From NCBI GenBank assembly GCA_963737065.1, contig CAVTRC010000001.1, positions 2,304,001 through 2,368,000 on the forward strand: a DNA stretch of 64,000 bases. The letters are read 5' to 3'. Positions 18,620 through 28,945 of the stretch are shown here, piece after piece. Position 1 is the first letter of the stretch. Each line of letters opens with the position of its first letter. The position numbers and the translations under genes are program-made. The notes under the pieces are model-generated. The model was not told the origin of the DNA and searched no databases. It saw nothing but the letters and a program-made list of their open reading frames with translations. This DNA is from Candidatus Eremiobacteria bacterium. Lineage in GTDB: Bacteria; Vulcanimicrobiota; Vulcanimicrobiia; Vulcanimicrobiales; Vulcanimicrobiaceae.

Positions 18620-21600
18620 ATGACGTTTAAGTACGTCATGAGGCGCTTCTCGAGCGAACGCGCGTTCGGCCGCGTTATCCAACTCTTCGGGCTCGCGCTG
18701 ATGGTCGTTTCGGCGACGGCGTTTTTTGCCACGCGCAATGTGCGCGCGGAAACGATCGAAACTGTCCTTCGGCAATCGGCGCAAGCGATGCACGCCGCAC
18801 TCGACGTGGCCGCGGCCCCTTCACCGTCGCCTTCGCCTACGCCAGAATCCGCTGCGATGGAAGACATCGGCGAACATTCCGGACTGATCGCCACGCCTGG
18901 TCCAAGCACGCCGCCGGTCATCTCGCACGGTGGGCGTCTTGAATACACTATTAATGGAAGCCTCAGCCTCGGGAACCGGTCGTCGGGAAGCACGCGGCTC
19001 GATGGGACGGGCGAAACGCTCGTTTCCAACGTGGCGGAAACCGACGGCTCCGTCGGGATGAATCTCGAGCTGCGCCGCCGCACCGCGATGACGACCACGG
19101 ATCTTCAGATTCCGCTCGGGATCTCGACGCAAGGCGCGCAGTACGGGTACGGCAATCTTTCGTATTCGACGCCAAAGTATACGCTGGGTTATGCCTCCAT
19201 TCCGATCGCGTTGCTCGGTCAACTGACGCTCGGTGCAACGCAGCGCGGTCCGTACATGACGGTGCCGTACGGAACGGGCGACATCTCGATGTTCGAGGGG
19301 TTCACGACCGGCGTCGATCAGGAAGGCCTACATTTATATGGTATGCGAGCCCGCCGGCTCTATGGACGGACGCTCATGGAGCTCGGCTACGTCTATAATC
19401 CGCAAGCGCCGCAAACGGGATCGGCCGGCACGGCATTTGTCGGGGTCGCGTATGCAAAGAACGCGTTGTCGGCGATTCTCGAAACAGCGGAACAACATCG
19501 CGAAACTCCGACCGGCGATCTTTCGCTGTTTTCGTCGCAGCTTCGCCTAGACGATGGACTGCAGCAGGGAACGTACTCGCTGACGCTTCGGGACATTCCG
19601 GAGCGGCTGCTGTCCTACAATGCCGGCGAACTCTCCGGCGACAAGCTCGCCGATTTTTCGTATCGTTCGAATGGCCGCGGTGCATTGGGGCTCGACTTCG
19701 CGCTCGAGAAGAGCAGCTATCTCGGCCAAGTTTCGTCGCAGGAGCGCTCGCTGCTCAACTATGATTTCACGACGGGCGCGATCGGCTACAGCGTCGGGTT
19801 ACAGAATCAGCGCATCGCGGGCAGTCCGACCGAGTGGTCGGGGCTCGGCTCGCTGCAGCTGTCGTTTCCGATTCGAAACGGTTACGGCGTCGCGAGCGCA
19901 CAGTTTGGTCGAACGACGGAAGACGGAACCGGTCCGGTTGGGACAGCGCTCTATAACGTTGCTCTCTCCCGGCAGTTCGGCTCGTACGTCGTCGGCGGCT
20001 CGTTGACGCGGCAAAACCAATCGAGTACGACGACGGGCTTTTCACGTCAGAGCACGGCCGCCGTATCGTTTCAACGCACGTTTGGCAAAACGTCGATCGG
20101 CTACCAATATCAACTTTCGCGAACGCAGTCGCCCGTCAGCGATGCGTTGCAGAGCTTTCCCGCGTTCATCGTGCAGCGGCAGATTTCGCCCGTCATCTCG
20201 GTTCAAGCGCAGTACAGCATCCAACACCTAAGCGACCCGATCAATCCGGGATCGAACGGAACGTCGCGAAACTTCAGCATTCAGTTGAATGCACCGTTTG
20301 CCGTCGGAAATACGAACGTCGAAGGACGAACGGATCCGCGCTTGCCCGCGATGATCGAAGGGCGCATCACGGCGGATCTAGGCAACAACAACGCGCTCGC
20401 GGGCCTTTTAACCGGCGGACTGGGCAATATCGTCGTCGTTCTCGACAACACGCAAATTCAACGCACCGACTTGCAAGGCAATTTTCAGTTTTCGTACGTG
20501 CGTCCCGGCTCGCATCAATTACGCGTCGAGACGGCGTCGCTTCCGCGCGGCTATACCGTCGATCAACCGATCGTTACGCTGAACCTCGACGGCGGACAGA
20601 CCGCGCAAGTATATCTTCGCGTCGGCGATTTCGGCGGTATCGTCGGTCACGTGTTCGGCACCGATGCGAACGGCCAACGCATTCCGCTCGCCGGAGTAAA
20701 GCTGCGGATCGACGGCGGCCAGTACGCGCAGACGGATCAGCAAGGCATCTACGGCTTTGGGCGCCTTCTCTCCGGCAGCCACACGATCGAGATCATCGAG
20801 AACACCGTACCGGCCTTTGCGTCGTTCGACGAAAAATCCGTGAAACGGGACGTTAGCGTTCAGCGCGGTTCAACGGCAACGCTCGACTTCGTCGGCGAAC
20901 AGCTGGGATCGATTACCGGCAAAGTCGTCTATGATGCGACGCTCGCGCCCAATTACACGGGTCCGGTCATGAATGCATACGTCGTTGCAGAACCGGGAGA
21001 GCACGCAGCGATTACCAACGACGACGGCACGTTTTTGATCGACGACCTTCCCCCGGGTGACTACACCGTGTCGGTTGATCCGGAAACGGTTCCGGAGGAA
21101 ACGGGACAGCTCGGCGATCCTCTTTCCGTTGTGTTAAAGGGCAACGATAATTATCGCGGCGCGCTCTTCCTCGTCGGCCACGCCGTAAAGAAGGTCGTCT
21201 TCAGCCTTCTCTCTGGCGGTGCGGTGCCGGCAAGTCTCCACGTAAGTGAAGGCCGGTTGCCGCCGGGTGGTGCGACTGATGTTAGCGTTACTGCTCCCGC
21301 GGACGCTCACACCGTCACCGTATCGGGGCTCGGCGACGACGTCGACTTGAGCTTTGATGCAAAACGAAAGGAATGGACCGGCACGGTTCTCGTTCCATCG
21401 AAGGCGGCCGCCGGCACCGTCACGTTGACCGCTTCGGTCAGGCAGACGTCGGGCTCGATTGCGACCGCGACGGCAAAGGTCGTAATCGATCCGAAGTTGC
21501 CGATCGCGATCGTTCAATTGATTCCAGCGAATGCGGCGATCGGATCGTTCGCCGCCGCGCGTGCACGATTTCTGGTTGACGCGCGTCCCGGCGACAAGAT

Positions 21601-21742
21601 CGACTGGGAGGACGGACAGGAAACGGTTCTGGGCAAGCCCGTCGTCGGGCGCATCTTTACGTTCAGCCTGCGTCTTTCTTTACGCCCTCTGCATGGAGTG
21701 CTCCTAACCAAGACTGCTCGCTTGCCGATAAGCATTATGTAA
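18620..21742 (+). CDS. Usher-like outer-membrane protein: beta-strand-rich core plus three carboxypeptidase-regulatory/Cna-B-like Ig domains
   Basis: Signal-like segment; long amphipathic strand region; repeats TDLQGNFQF..PGSH, TDQQGIYGF..SGSH, TNDDGTFLI..PGDY. Confidence 0.65.
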   Translation: MTFKYVMRRFSSERAFGRVIQLFGLALMVVSATAFFATRNVRAETIETVLRQSAQAMHAALDVAAAPSPSPSPTPESAAMEDIGEHSGLIATPGPSTPPVISHGGRLEYTINGSLSLGNRSSGSTRLDGTGETLVSNVAETDGSVGMNLELRRRTAMTTTDLQIPLGISTQGAQYGYGNLSYSTPKYTLGYASIPIALLGQLTLGATQRGPYMTVPYGTGDISMFEGFTTGVDQEGLHLYGMRARRLYGRTLMELGYVYNPQAPQTGSAGTAFVGVAYAKNALSAILETAEQHRETPTGDLSLFSSQLRLDDGLQQGTYSLTLRDIPERLLSYNAGELSGDKLADFSYRSNGRGALGLDFALEKSSYLGQVSSQERSLLNYDFTTGAIGYSVGLQNQRIAGSPTEWSGLGSLQLSFPIRNGYGVASAQFGRTTEDGTGPVGTALYNVALSRQFGSYVVGGSLTRQNQSSTTTGFSRQSTAAVSFQRTFGKTSIGYQYQLSRTQSPVSDALQSFPAFIVQRQISPVISVQAQYSIQHLSDPINPGSNGTSRNFSIQLNAPFAVGNTNVEGRTDPRLPAMIEGRITADLGNNNALAGLLTGGLGNIVVVLDNTQIQRTDLQGNFQFSYVRPGSHQLRVETASLPRGYTVDQPIVTLNLDGGQTAQVYLRVGDFGGIVGHVFGTDANGQRIPLAGVKLRIDGGQYAQTDQQGIYGFGRLLSGSHTIEIIENTVPAFASFDEKSVKRDVSVQRGSTATLDFVGEQLGSITGKVVYDATLAPNYTGPVMNAYVVAEPGEHAAITNDDGTFLIDDLPPGDYTVSVDPETVPEETGQLGDPLSVVLKGNDNYRGALFLVGHAVKKVVFSLLSGGAVPASLHVSEGRLPPGGATDVSVTAPADAHTVTVSGLGDDVDLSFDAKRKEWTGTVLVPSKAAAGTVTLTASVRQTSGSIATATAKVVIDPKLPIAIVQLIPANAAIGSFAAARARFLVDARPGDKIDWEDGQETVLGKPVVGRIFTFSLRLSLRPLHGVLLTKTARLPISIM
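21705..21731 (+). promoter_or_regulatory. Sigma28-like internal promoter before the putative major fibre subunit
   Basis: TAAC-N15-GCCGATAA, 64 nt before ATG 21796. Confidence 0.55.
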
Positions 21743-21795
21743 CTCGCTTACCCGCTTATGCCACGGAGGGCAATCTTGCGCATGGTGAAAGGTCG

Positions 21796-22476
21796 ATGAA
21801 CCAAAAACGTATTGCAGGGCTCGCGCTAATCGCGTCCCTTTTCGCGCTGGCGGCCCCCGCAAATGCGGCGACCGTCAATAAAACGATCACGGTCAAGTGG
21901 AACACGCAGGCAACGGCCACGCTGAACGTCCATACGAACTACGCTGCATCCGGTCTGTCGAACAGCCCTGGCACGGCCGGTTCGATTCTAGCCCACGGCG
22001 CCGGCGCTTGTACCGCAGCCGACCCGACGAATTCGGACGGTACAAACGACTTCGGTCAAGTATCGCCTGACGGCGGCGGCGGCATGCAGGACTGCCTGTA
22101 CAAAAACGCAGCCAATGCGATCGTCGCGACAAACTCGACGAACTGGAATCTCACGGCAGCGACGGCCACGAACCCGACGACACTCGGCGCTGAGCTTTGC
22201 GCATTGGCGAACGGTGTCGCGAACTTCCCGTTCAGCGCGGCCGCGCTGCCGGTTACGCAAACGGTTCGTGCGGCAGCACTTTCCAGCGCATCGACGGCGA
22301 GCTGCGTGTCCGGCAGCGTGCTGAACAACACCGCTCTGACGCTTGCGAACGAAACGAACGCGTTCACCGGTGCCAGCCCGGCGAATATCGGGTTCGATCT
22401 CGATCTCGTTCTCGGACCAACCGCGAACACCGGTAACCAGTCGGAAGTCGTGACGTTCACGCTCACGGCGAACTAG
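21796..22476 (+). CDS. Putative major pilin/fibre subunit
   Basis: Signal peptide (ANA), Ala/Thr/Asn-rich beta protein, 4 Cys, NDFGQV motif, C-terminal strand VVTFTLTAN. Confidence 0.65.
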   Translation: MNQKRIAGLALIASLFALAAPANAATVNKTITVKWNTQATATLNVHTNYAASGLSNSPGTAGSILAHGAGACTAADPTNSDGTNDFGQVSPDGGGGMQDCLYKNAANAIVATNSTNWNLTAATATNPTTLGAELCALANGVANFPFSAAALPVTQTVRAAALSSASTASCVSGSVLNNTALTLANETNAFTGASPANIGFDLDLVLGPTANTGNQSEVVTFTLTAN

Positions 22477-22551
22477 TTCGTAAAGGTTACACTCTTTACT
22501 CGCTTCGCCGCGGGACGCGCAGTGCATTCGCGGCGAAGTGTTCGGGTCACA

Positions 22552-23349
22552 ATGCAAAATCGACGAATCGCACTCTTTGCGTTCATCTTTGCGGCGGTAC
22601 TTGTCGTGCCAAACCGGGTCAGTTCGGAAGGCCTCGGCATCGAAGTCACGCCGGCAAAACTCGAAGTGCAAATTGGACCGGCCGCAAGTTATAACATCCC
22701 GGTTACGGTTCGCAACTCTTCCAGTGATTCGACCCACGTACAGGCCACGATGGTGGACTTCGGCGTGTCGACGAACGGAAGCTACGAGTTTGGACGCGTC
22801 GGAGCGCGGCCGTTCTCGCTGATGAAATACGCAGCGATCCGCCCTCGTGAATTCGACTTGCCCGCGGGAACCACGCAACAGGTTCAACTCACGATCGTGA
22901 TGCCGAACGATTCAAAGCTTTCTGGTGAATACGCCGGAATCGTCTTCTTCCAAACGCGGCCGATTCGGCGCGCCGGTTCGAACGTGGCGTTTTCCGCCCG
23001 CGTCGCATCGAAGATTTACGAAGCAATTCCGGGCAGCGTCAAAATCGACGGTGCAATCACCAAGATGGTCAGTGCAAAGAGTGGACGCGGCCAAGTGTAT
23101 CGCGTGAGCTTTAAAAACACCGGGAACGTTCACGTCTATCTCCGTGGGCAAGTAACTATCCAGAAGAGCGGCCAAGTCGTCGATCAAGTTGCAATGGAAA
23201 ACGGCATGCTCGTCGAGCGCGGCGGAGACCGCATCGTCGAGGTGACGGGAAAGAAACTTCCTCCGGGACAGTATCAAGCGATTGCGACAATGGACTACGG
23301 TGGCCAAACAGAAACCGGCGGCGAGATTCAGTTTAGCGTTGAACGATAA
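22552..23349 (+). CDS. Putative pilus chaperone (PapD/DUF916-like, two Ig domains)
   Basis: Signal peptide; IEVTPAKLEV, VTVRNSS, GEYAGIVFF, FKNTGNVHV, LPPGQY. Confidence 0.7.
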   Translation: MQNRRIALFAFIFAAVLVVPNRVSSEGLGIEVTPAKLEVQIGPAASYNIPVTVRNSSSDSTHVQATMVDFGVSTNGSYEFGRVGARPFSLMKYAAIRPREFDLPAGTTQQVQLTIVMPNDSKLSGEYAGIVFFQTRPIRRAGSNVAFSARVASKIYEAIPGSVKIDGAITKMVSAKSGRGQVYRVSFKNTGNVHVYLRGQVTIQKSGQVVDQVAMENGMLVERGGDRIVEVTGKKLPPGQYQAIATMDYGGQTETGGEIQFSVER

Positions 23350-23410
23350 CGCCGGCTTCTAAACAACCTAGATCGCTACGGTCTGCGCTAAGGGAAGTGC
23401 GCAGAGCCTC

Positions 23411-24106
23411 TTGGAGAGCACAAGGATCGTGTACGCAGCGCTTGTCAGAAGGATGGTGTACGGAATCGTTGCGTTTGCAACGGCGGCGCTAAGCCTTGCG
23501 CCAGCGTTTGCATCGACCGCAATGGACGTCACTAAGGTCAAATGGAGCGCGATGCCGATCGTGCACTTCACGCTAACGCCGAACTATGCGTCCGGATTCG
23601 GCTCGGTCAAGGCGACCTTTGGAACGCAACCCGCGCCAACGCATGGTCCCGATGCACTTCAAAACAATGGAGCGGTCGATTTCGGTTCGGTCCTCGGTGG
23701 AACGACGTACCTTTACAAGTACGCCGCGCACGTTAACGTGACGACGAACGACCCAATGGGTTTCTTCGTGTACGCCGAAGGCGCCGCGGACTTTTTTAAC
23801 ACCGCTGATAGCTCGACGCAGCCGCTGAATTCGACGCTCTACTATCTTCAGTCGACGAGCGGTTCACCGCCGGACCCGAACACGGGATTTTCGGCGGCGC
23901 TTCCCTTCTATCGCACGGGTTCCGTCGTCACCGGCGGCAGCCAGTTCACTGCACCGACGATTTCCTACACGACGTATCCCGCACCGGTCGCAACCGCGAT
24001 GAGCGCAAACGGCGACTACTACTTCGACTATCAACTGCGCGTGCCGGGTGCAGCCACGCGCGGTCTCTATTACGTTTGGATCGTCTATACGGTGGTGGCG
24101 CGGTGA
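23411..24106 (+). CDS. Putative minor pilin-like subunit
   Basis: Shares VKW..L..NY, VDFGSV and YKYAA with the major subunit; ends GLYYVWIVYTVVAR; alternative start 23453. Confidence 0.6.
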   Translation: MESTRIVYAALVRRMVYGIVAFATAALSLAPAFASTAMDVTKVKWSAMPIVHFTLTPNYASGFGSVKATFGTQPAPTHGPDALQNNGAVDFGSVLGGTTYLYKYAAHVNVTTNDPMGFFVYAEGAADFFNTADSSTQPLNSTLYYLQSTSGSPPDPNTGFSAALPFYRTGSVVTGGSQFTAPTISYTTYPAPVATAMSANGDYYFDYQLRVPGAATRGLYYVWIVYTVVAR

Positions 24107-24822
24107 AAAAGCTTCGCTACCTCTTTTTGATCTTCGCATTCCTAGCGGCCGCGCCGATCGTCGTTGAAGCCGCGCTGCAAAGTCAGCAGGCGCAGATCGC
24201 CGTTACGATCATCGTGAACGTGACTCCCAACCCACTCGGCTACACTGGAAAACCGGCGATCGCCGGCAACCAAATCGTGGCAACAGCGAAGCTGCGGGGA
24301 GCGCCTCCCGAGATCGAGCGCGTATTCGAAGCGCAGCAGCTCCATTTCGTTCCGAAAGGCGCTGAAATTGTCGCACAGGCGCAAGTTCAGCATGCGATAA
24401 AAGTTGAGGCCGAGGTCACTCCAAATCCGAATGCAACGCTTCTGACGTCCGATGCTTCCGGATATCAAGTGATCTTGAATGCGGAAGCCGGTACCCCGAC
24501 GTCGGTTCCGTGTGCGTATCATGTCCAGGTTAAGACGACGAAGACCGGATGGACGCTCAAGCATGGTCTTGCCGGAAACTTCAGCAATGGCGGAAGCGAC
24601 TCGTTCGTGGGCTCTAGCCTGGCGAATAACTCCCACGTCGGACCAACGCCGTTACCGACTGCAACGCCGTTCGTTGTTTATTCTACCGACGGCGGCGTGT
24701 GGGCAGTGCTTCAAACGAACAGCGGTACGCAAACGTATTGCGTCGATCTGACGCTCAACATGCCGATCACAACTGCTCAAGGAACGTATAGTTCGAATGC
24801 GATCTATACGTTGTACTACTAA
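24103..24822 (+). CDS. Putative minor pilin-like subunit
   Basis: GTG start overlapping upstream stop; signal peptide; ends GTYSSNAIYTLYY. Confidence 0.6.
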   Translation: MKKLRYLFLIFAFLAAAPIVVEAALQSQQAQIAVTIIVNVTPNPLGYTGKPAIAGNQIVATAKLRGAPPEIERVFEAQQLHFVPKGAEIVAQAQVQHAIKVEAEVTPNPNATLLTSDASGYQVILNAEAGTPTSVPCAYHVQVKTTKTGWTLKHGLAGNFSNGGSDSFVGSSLANNSHVGPTPLPTATPFVVYSTDGGVWAVLQTNSGTQTYCVDLTLNMPITTAQGTYSSNAIYTLYY

Positions 24823-27800
24823 TGTTTGCACGGAAGCTGCGCGGCGTTGTTGCGGGTGTATCGATCTTTCTTGCCGCGATATCGATCGGTCTTGCGCAAG
24901 TGCGGCCGCCGAGTCCGGTAGTTCACGGCGGGCAGCGGACCGTTCCGCGCCCGCTGATCACGGCATTGCCGCTTCCGGGTGCGACACCGGCTCCGGGCGC
25001 GACATCAACTCCCGCCTCGCATTTCGGTGCTCCGCTAAAAGGGTCGGGACGCGAGTATCCGGCTGGGACACGCGTCCCGCTTGCGGACCTTCCACGTCTG
25101 CCGATGAAAGCGTTGATTCCGACGATCAAAGCAAAATCGTATAGACAGCGGCATCCCTTCGCGCAGACCGGTGTAACGATCAACATCGTTTCGAGTACAT
25201 GCGCGAATCTCGTCGGCGATCTGTTCCCGACCGGCTGTAATCTGACGTTCAAAGCGGCAAGTTTGGCCGCCGGGAAGTACCAAGACTACGAGATCGCCCC
25301 GAACGCGACAACAGCGACGGCGGTCGGCGCTTCCTATACCAACACCGATTCGAATCGTACGATCGCTCTTACGAACGCCGGAGTCTACACGCTCGGCGTC
25401 TATGACGTAAACAATAACGATTGGGTCGCAGTCGTGTACGTCAACGCCGGAAACCCGGTGTTGCTGAAGGTCTATCAAGATCCGTACTTCTCGGAAGAGA
25501 CGTACCAATTCGATGCGTCGAGCAGCGGTGACGCGTACGTTCACATGACGAATCTTTCGGCGAACGATCTCTACGTCGTCGACATTGAATCGACATCGGT
25601 CCATCCGACGTGTGTTTTTTCCGCGCCGGCGCAAACGTCGATGCCGGCAAACACCCTGTGCAACCCGGGTAATTCGGCGGGAGAAACTGCACCCGGCGGC
25701 GTGCTCTCCGTTGCATGGCCGATCACATCCGCGCTCGGCGCGGGAACGTATTCGATCACGCTGTACGATAAATCCGTATCGCCGGCTCCCGGTCAGCGAA
25801 TCGCGCAAGTGCAGGTTTCGCTGACTGGTTCGAACGGCATCACGATGACGCTCAACGGTAACACGAACGGTTCGAACACGACGGTCAATCCGTCGCCGGC
25901 ACCCGCGGTGGTGCCGCAAGCGGCAACGGTATTCGCGTGGGACGATTCAAGCGAACAGTCCGTGTCCGGCGTTACGCTGGGTGTCGGAAGTTTGAGCGGC
26001 GACAAATATATTTGGTCGATCAACGATCCGACCGGTTATACGGCCGGTAAAGTCGGTCCGGTTACCTTGAATGGCATTGCGAGTCAAGGATTCACGTTCG
26101 GGACGATGGGCATCTACGGCCCGGGCGACTATCCCTCGCGAATCTTCACGGCGGGAATCTACGATTCGACCAGTCAGTCGATGTACGCCTCGCAGTCGTT
26201 CAAGGTCGTCGGCTACAACGCTGAAACCGCGTTCCATACGACGTCGGACGCATCGTCGCTGAGCGTCGCGCAGGGTTCGAACGCGACCGCAACGTTGAAG
26301 TTCACGAATTCCAGCGACCTCAACTACGGCGTTGGAAATGGCGACTCACTGGCCGGCATCGCGTACACGACCGGCCCCGACTTTACACCGCAGTCGGGTG
26401 GGTCCGGCACGGGTGTCGGTGTCATGATGGCGCTGGCCGGGAAGACGCTCGCGCAGTGTGTGATCCCCTCGGGATGCTCGACCACCGTAACGGATCCGAC
26501 GACCGGGTACGTGTGGAGCGTCAACGACTATTGCAGCGACAGCACCGTAACCACCACCGGCGAATGTTACCTGGTGATGTTGCCGCAGAGCAACGGCGTT
26601 TCATTACCGGTCGGTGACACGCTCACGATCCCGAACGTCACGTTTTATAATGCGACCGGCAGCGGTTGCAGCACGCAGTGCCAAGGATCGACGTCGATCT
26701 TGCCCTCGCACGGTGTCAAATGGTCGCGCATCGACACGCAGGAAGCGTTCTTTCCGACGTACTTCCAAAACGGCGCAACCACCTTAACCGGCACCGCGCA
26801 TCTGGCACTCGTGGGCTATCAAAACATCGGCGGCAGCAACAACCGCTTCACGTCGCCCGGCGTGCCGGAAGCGCATCTTTATCAGACACGCACGGTTCAC
26901 GCGACCTATGGATATCACAGTCCTTACGGGCTGACCAGCCAGGACTACATCATCTACGGTCTGACGGTCAATAACGGTGCATCATCTCAAACGATCAAGA
27001 CGGTTGCCGTGGCGCAACCCGGTCCGTTCTCAGGCGCCAACACGTTGAACAACGTCGCCGTCGACTCCAGCTCCAGCGGCAATAACGGCTGGGGTCTCGT
27101 CATCGGCGGACAGGCGCCATGTCAGAACCTCACGGCGGAATACTTCTGCGTCTACGCCAAGGGGACGAACCCTGGCGTCAAGGCGGGCAATTCGGCGACG
27201 ATCTACATCGATCAGAACGTCGCGCCGTTCAATTACGGTTACACCGACTGGGTCGTCTCGTCTGTGAATCCGAACTTCTCGATTACGGCAGACGGTACGA
27301 CGACGGTTCCGGTGAACAGTCCGTCGTTGTCGATCGATACGCTCGCGTTCGCGCAATACGCGCTCGACAGCTCGTCGATGTCGGCTTCGTTCGCACCGGG
27401 CACGGCCGGTCAAGGTGCGACGTCTACCGAAAATATCGTCGTCAGCAATGCATCGACGTCGAGCGATCCCAACCCCGACTACGTCGACGCCATTCTGATC
27501 GGTGTGCCGAACGGCGCGCCCCTCGTGAACGGAAATCCGACCACGTCGAGCACCGGCTGGTCGTACCTCGGGTCGTATAACGCCGGCAGCACGATCTACT
27601 ACTGGTTCGGCGTTTGTCCCAGTCAGTACACGAACGCGAACACGTATCTGCCGCCCGCGGCCACACCGAACACGTCGGTTCAAAACGCGCTGCCTCAATG
27701 TACGGCCGCACAGGAGAACAACTCGCTCGCGCCCGGCGGGACGTTCACCGGCACAATGGTGCTCAGCAACTTAAATAGCCCAAGCGTTAGCGTGCAGATG

Positions 27801-28889
27801 TGGGCGCACGGCGCCAACGGCGACGGCTGGTCGGCGCCGAAGACGATGACGTTGCCGGTATCGACCGTTACCGCGAGCGCCGGCTTCTCGAATGCCGGTA
27901 AATATGGCTCGCCGCCCGCGGTTGCGTCGAACACGGTGCCCACGATTGGCGGCAACAGCGACCCGTTGAACGGCAACTCGTACGTCTACACCGTGAAAAA
28001 CACCACGCAGGCGACGAACATTACGTCCTTCCGCGTACGCATCCCGGGTGTCGACGTCAGCGGAAACAACGCCTACGACGGCTCGAATGCCTGGCACGTG
28101 ACCAATGCAATTCCCACGCTCGGCGGAAACGTCGACGGCTGTACGATCACGAACGCGATTGCTGCGATGGCAGCTACGGCCGCTGGAGCAGACGGTGAAA
28201 TCGACGTCGGAGGAGCGAGCTGCAAATTGAAAGCGGGCGATACGATCACGTTGAGCTTCAGCGCGATCGGGCCCGAAGCGCAATCGGATTCCTATCCGTT
28301 CGATACCTACTGCTTGAACAATACGGCGGGTACGTGCACGGTGACGAACGGTTCGAATGCCGGCGAAAATTGGCTGGGCGACACGCGGGTTCAGGTGCAG
28401 TTGACGATCGGCTTGAACGTCGTGGTGGATCCCAGTAATCCGGGCCCAGGCAGCTCGACACCGGTCATCAGTTGTCCCGGATGTTCGTTCTCCGGTACGA
28501 CGGTCGACGTCGGAACGATTGGATCGAACTCGACGGGCGCGTTTACCGACATCGTTCGCGCGTCGATTTATATCCAGTCGAACACCACGGTGAACTACAC
28601 CCTCTCGGTGTCGGCGAATCAGAATCCGGCGAACAGCACCGGAACGCCGACGAACGAGTTGTTGACCGCGGTCGATCCGTCGAACTCAACGAGCGGTGCC
28701 GGCATCAACTTCGATCAAACCTCGTACGCCGTTGTTCCGACCGCGACTACGATGCAGGTGGCTCACGGTGCGAGCATCACGACGAGGAGCTTGCCGTACG
28801 ACGTTCTGCAAGACTTCCAAGTGTCGATCGGCAACGAATCGATTATGCCGCAGGCGTCGGTCGTTACGTATACGTTGATCGCGAACTAA
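24822..28889 (+). CDS. Large (1355 aa) beta-rich tip adhesin with C-terminal pilin-like domain
   Basis: Signal peptide; Ser/Thr/Asn/Gly-rich with many Cys; C-terminal TVDVGTI...VVTYTLIAN parallels the major subunit; TAATG overlap. Confidence 0.65.
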   Translation: MFARKLRGVVAGVSIFLAAISIGLAQVRPPSPVVHGGQRTVPRPLITALPLPGATPAPGATSTPASHFGAPLKGSGREYPAGTRVPLADLPRLPMKALIPTIKAKSYRQRHPFAQTGVTINIVSSTCANLVGDLFPTGCNLTFKAASLAAGKYQDYEIAPNATTATAVGASYTNTDSNRTIALTNAGVYTLGVYDVNNNDWVAVVYVNAGNPVLLKVYQDPYFSEETYQFDASSSGDAYVHMTNLSANDLYVVDIESTSVHPTCVFSAPAQTSMPANTLCNPGNSAGETAPGGVLSVAWPITSALGAGTYSITLYDKSVSPAPGQRIAQVQVSLTGSNGITMTLNGNTNGSNTTVNPSPAPAVVPQAATVFAWDDSSEQSVSGVTLGVGSLSGDKYIWSINDPTGYTAGKVGPVTLNGIASQGFTFGTMGIYGPGDYPSRIFTAGIYDSTSQSMYASQSFKVVGYNAETAFHTTSDASSLSVAQGSNATATLKFTNSSDLNYGVGNGDSLAGIAYTTGPDFTPQSGGSGTGVGVMMALAGKTLAQCVIPSGCSTTVTDPTTGYVWSVNDYCSDSTVTTTGECYLVMLPQSNGVSLPVGDTLTIPNVTFYNATGSGCSTQCQGSTSILPSHGVKWSRIDTQEAFFPTYFQNGATTLTGTAHLALVGYQNIGGSNNRFTSPGVPEAHLYQTRTVHATYGYHSPYGLTSQDYIIYGLTVNNGASSQTIKTVAVAQPGPFSGANTLNNVAVDSSSSGNNGWGLVIGGQAPCQNLTAEYFCVYAKGTNPGVKAGNSATIYIDQNVAPFNYGYTDWVVSSVNPNFSITADGTTTVPVNSPSLSIDTLAFAQYALDSSSMSASFAPGTAGQGATSTENIVVSNASTSSDPNPDYVDAILIGVPNGAPLVNGNPTTSSTGWSYLGSYNAGSTIYYWFGVCPSQYTNANTYLPPAATPNTSVQNALPQCTAAQENNSLAPGGTFTGTMVLSNLNSPSVSVQMWAHGANGDGWSAPKTMTLPVSTVTASAGFSNAGKYGSPPAVASNTVPTIGGNSDPLNGNSYVYTVKNTTQATNITSFRVRIPGVDVSGNNAYDGSNAWHVTNAIPTLGGNVDGCTITNAIAAMAATAAGADGEIDVGGASCKLKAGDTITLSFSAIGPEAQSDSYPFDTYCLNNTAGTCTVTNGSNAGENWLGDTRVQVQLTIGLNVVVDPSNPGPGSSTPVISCPGCSFSGTTVDVGTIGSNSTGAFTDIVRASIYIQSNTTVNYTLSVSANQNPANSTGTPTNELLTAVDPSNSTSGAGINFDQTSYAVVPTATTMQVAHGASITTRSLPYDVLQDFQVSIGNESIMPQASVVTYTLIAN

Positions 28890-28945
28890 CTGCTGCGCGG
28901 GGCGAGCGAAAGGAACGGGAAGCCGGCCATCGCACAGCAAGAGTC

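Noticed and set aside
18620..28889. Type IV/Tad pilus or sortase pilus
   Set aside because: No class III prepilin G/FxxxE motifs, assembly ATPase, LPxTG signals or sortase seen.
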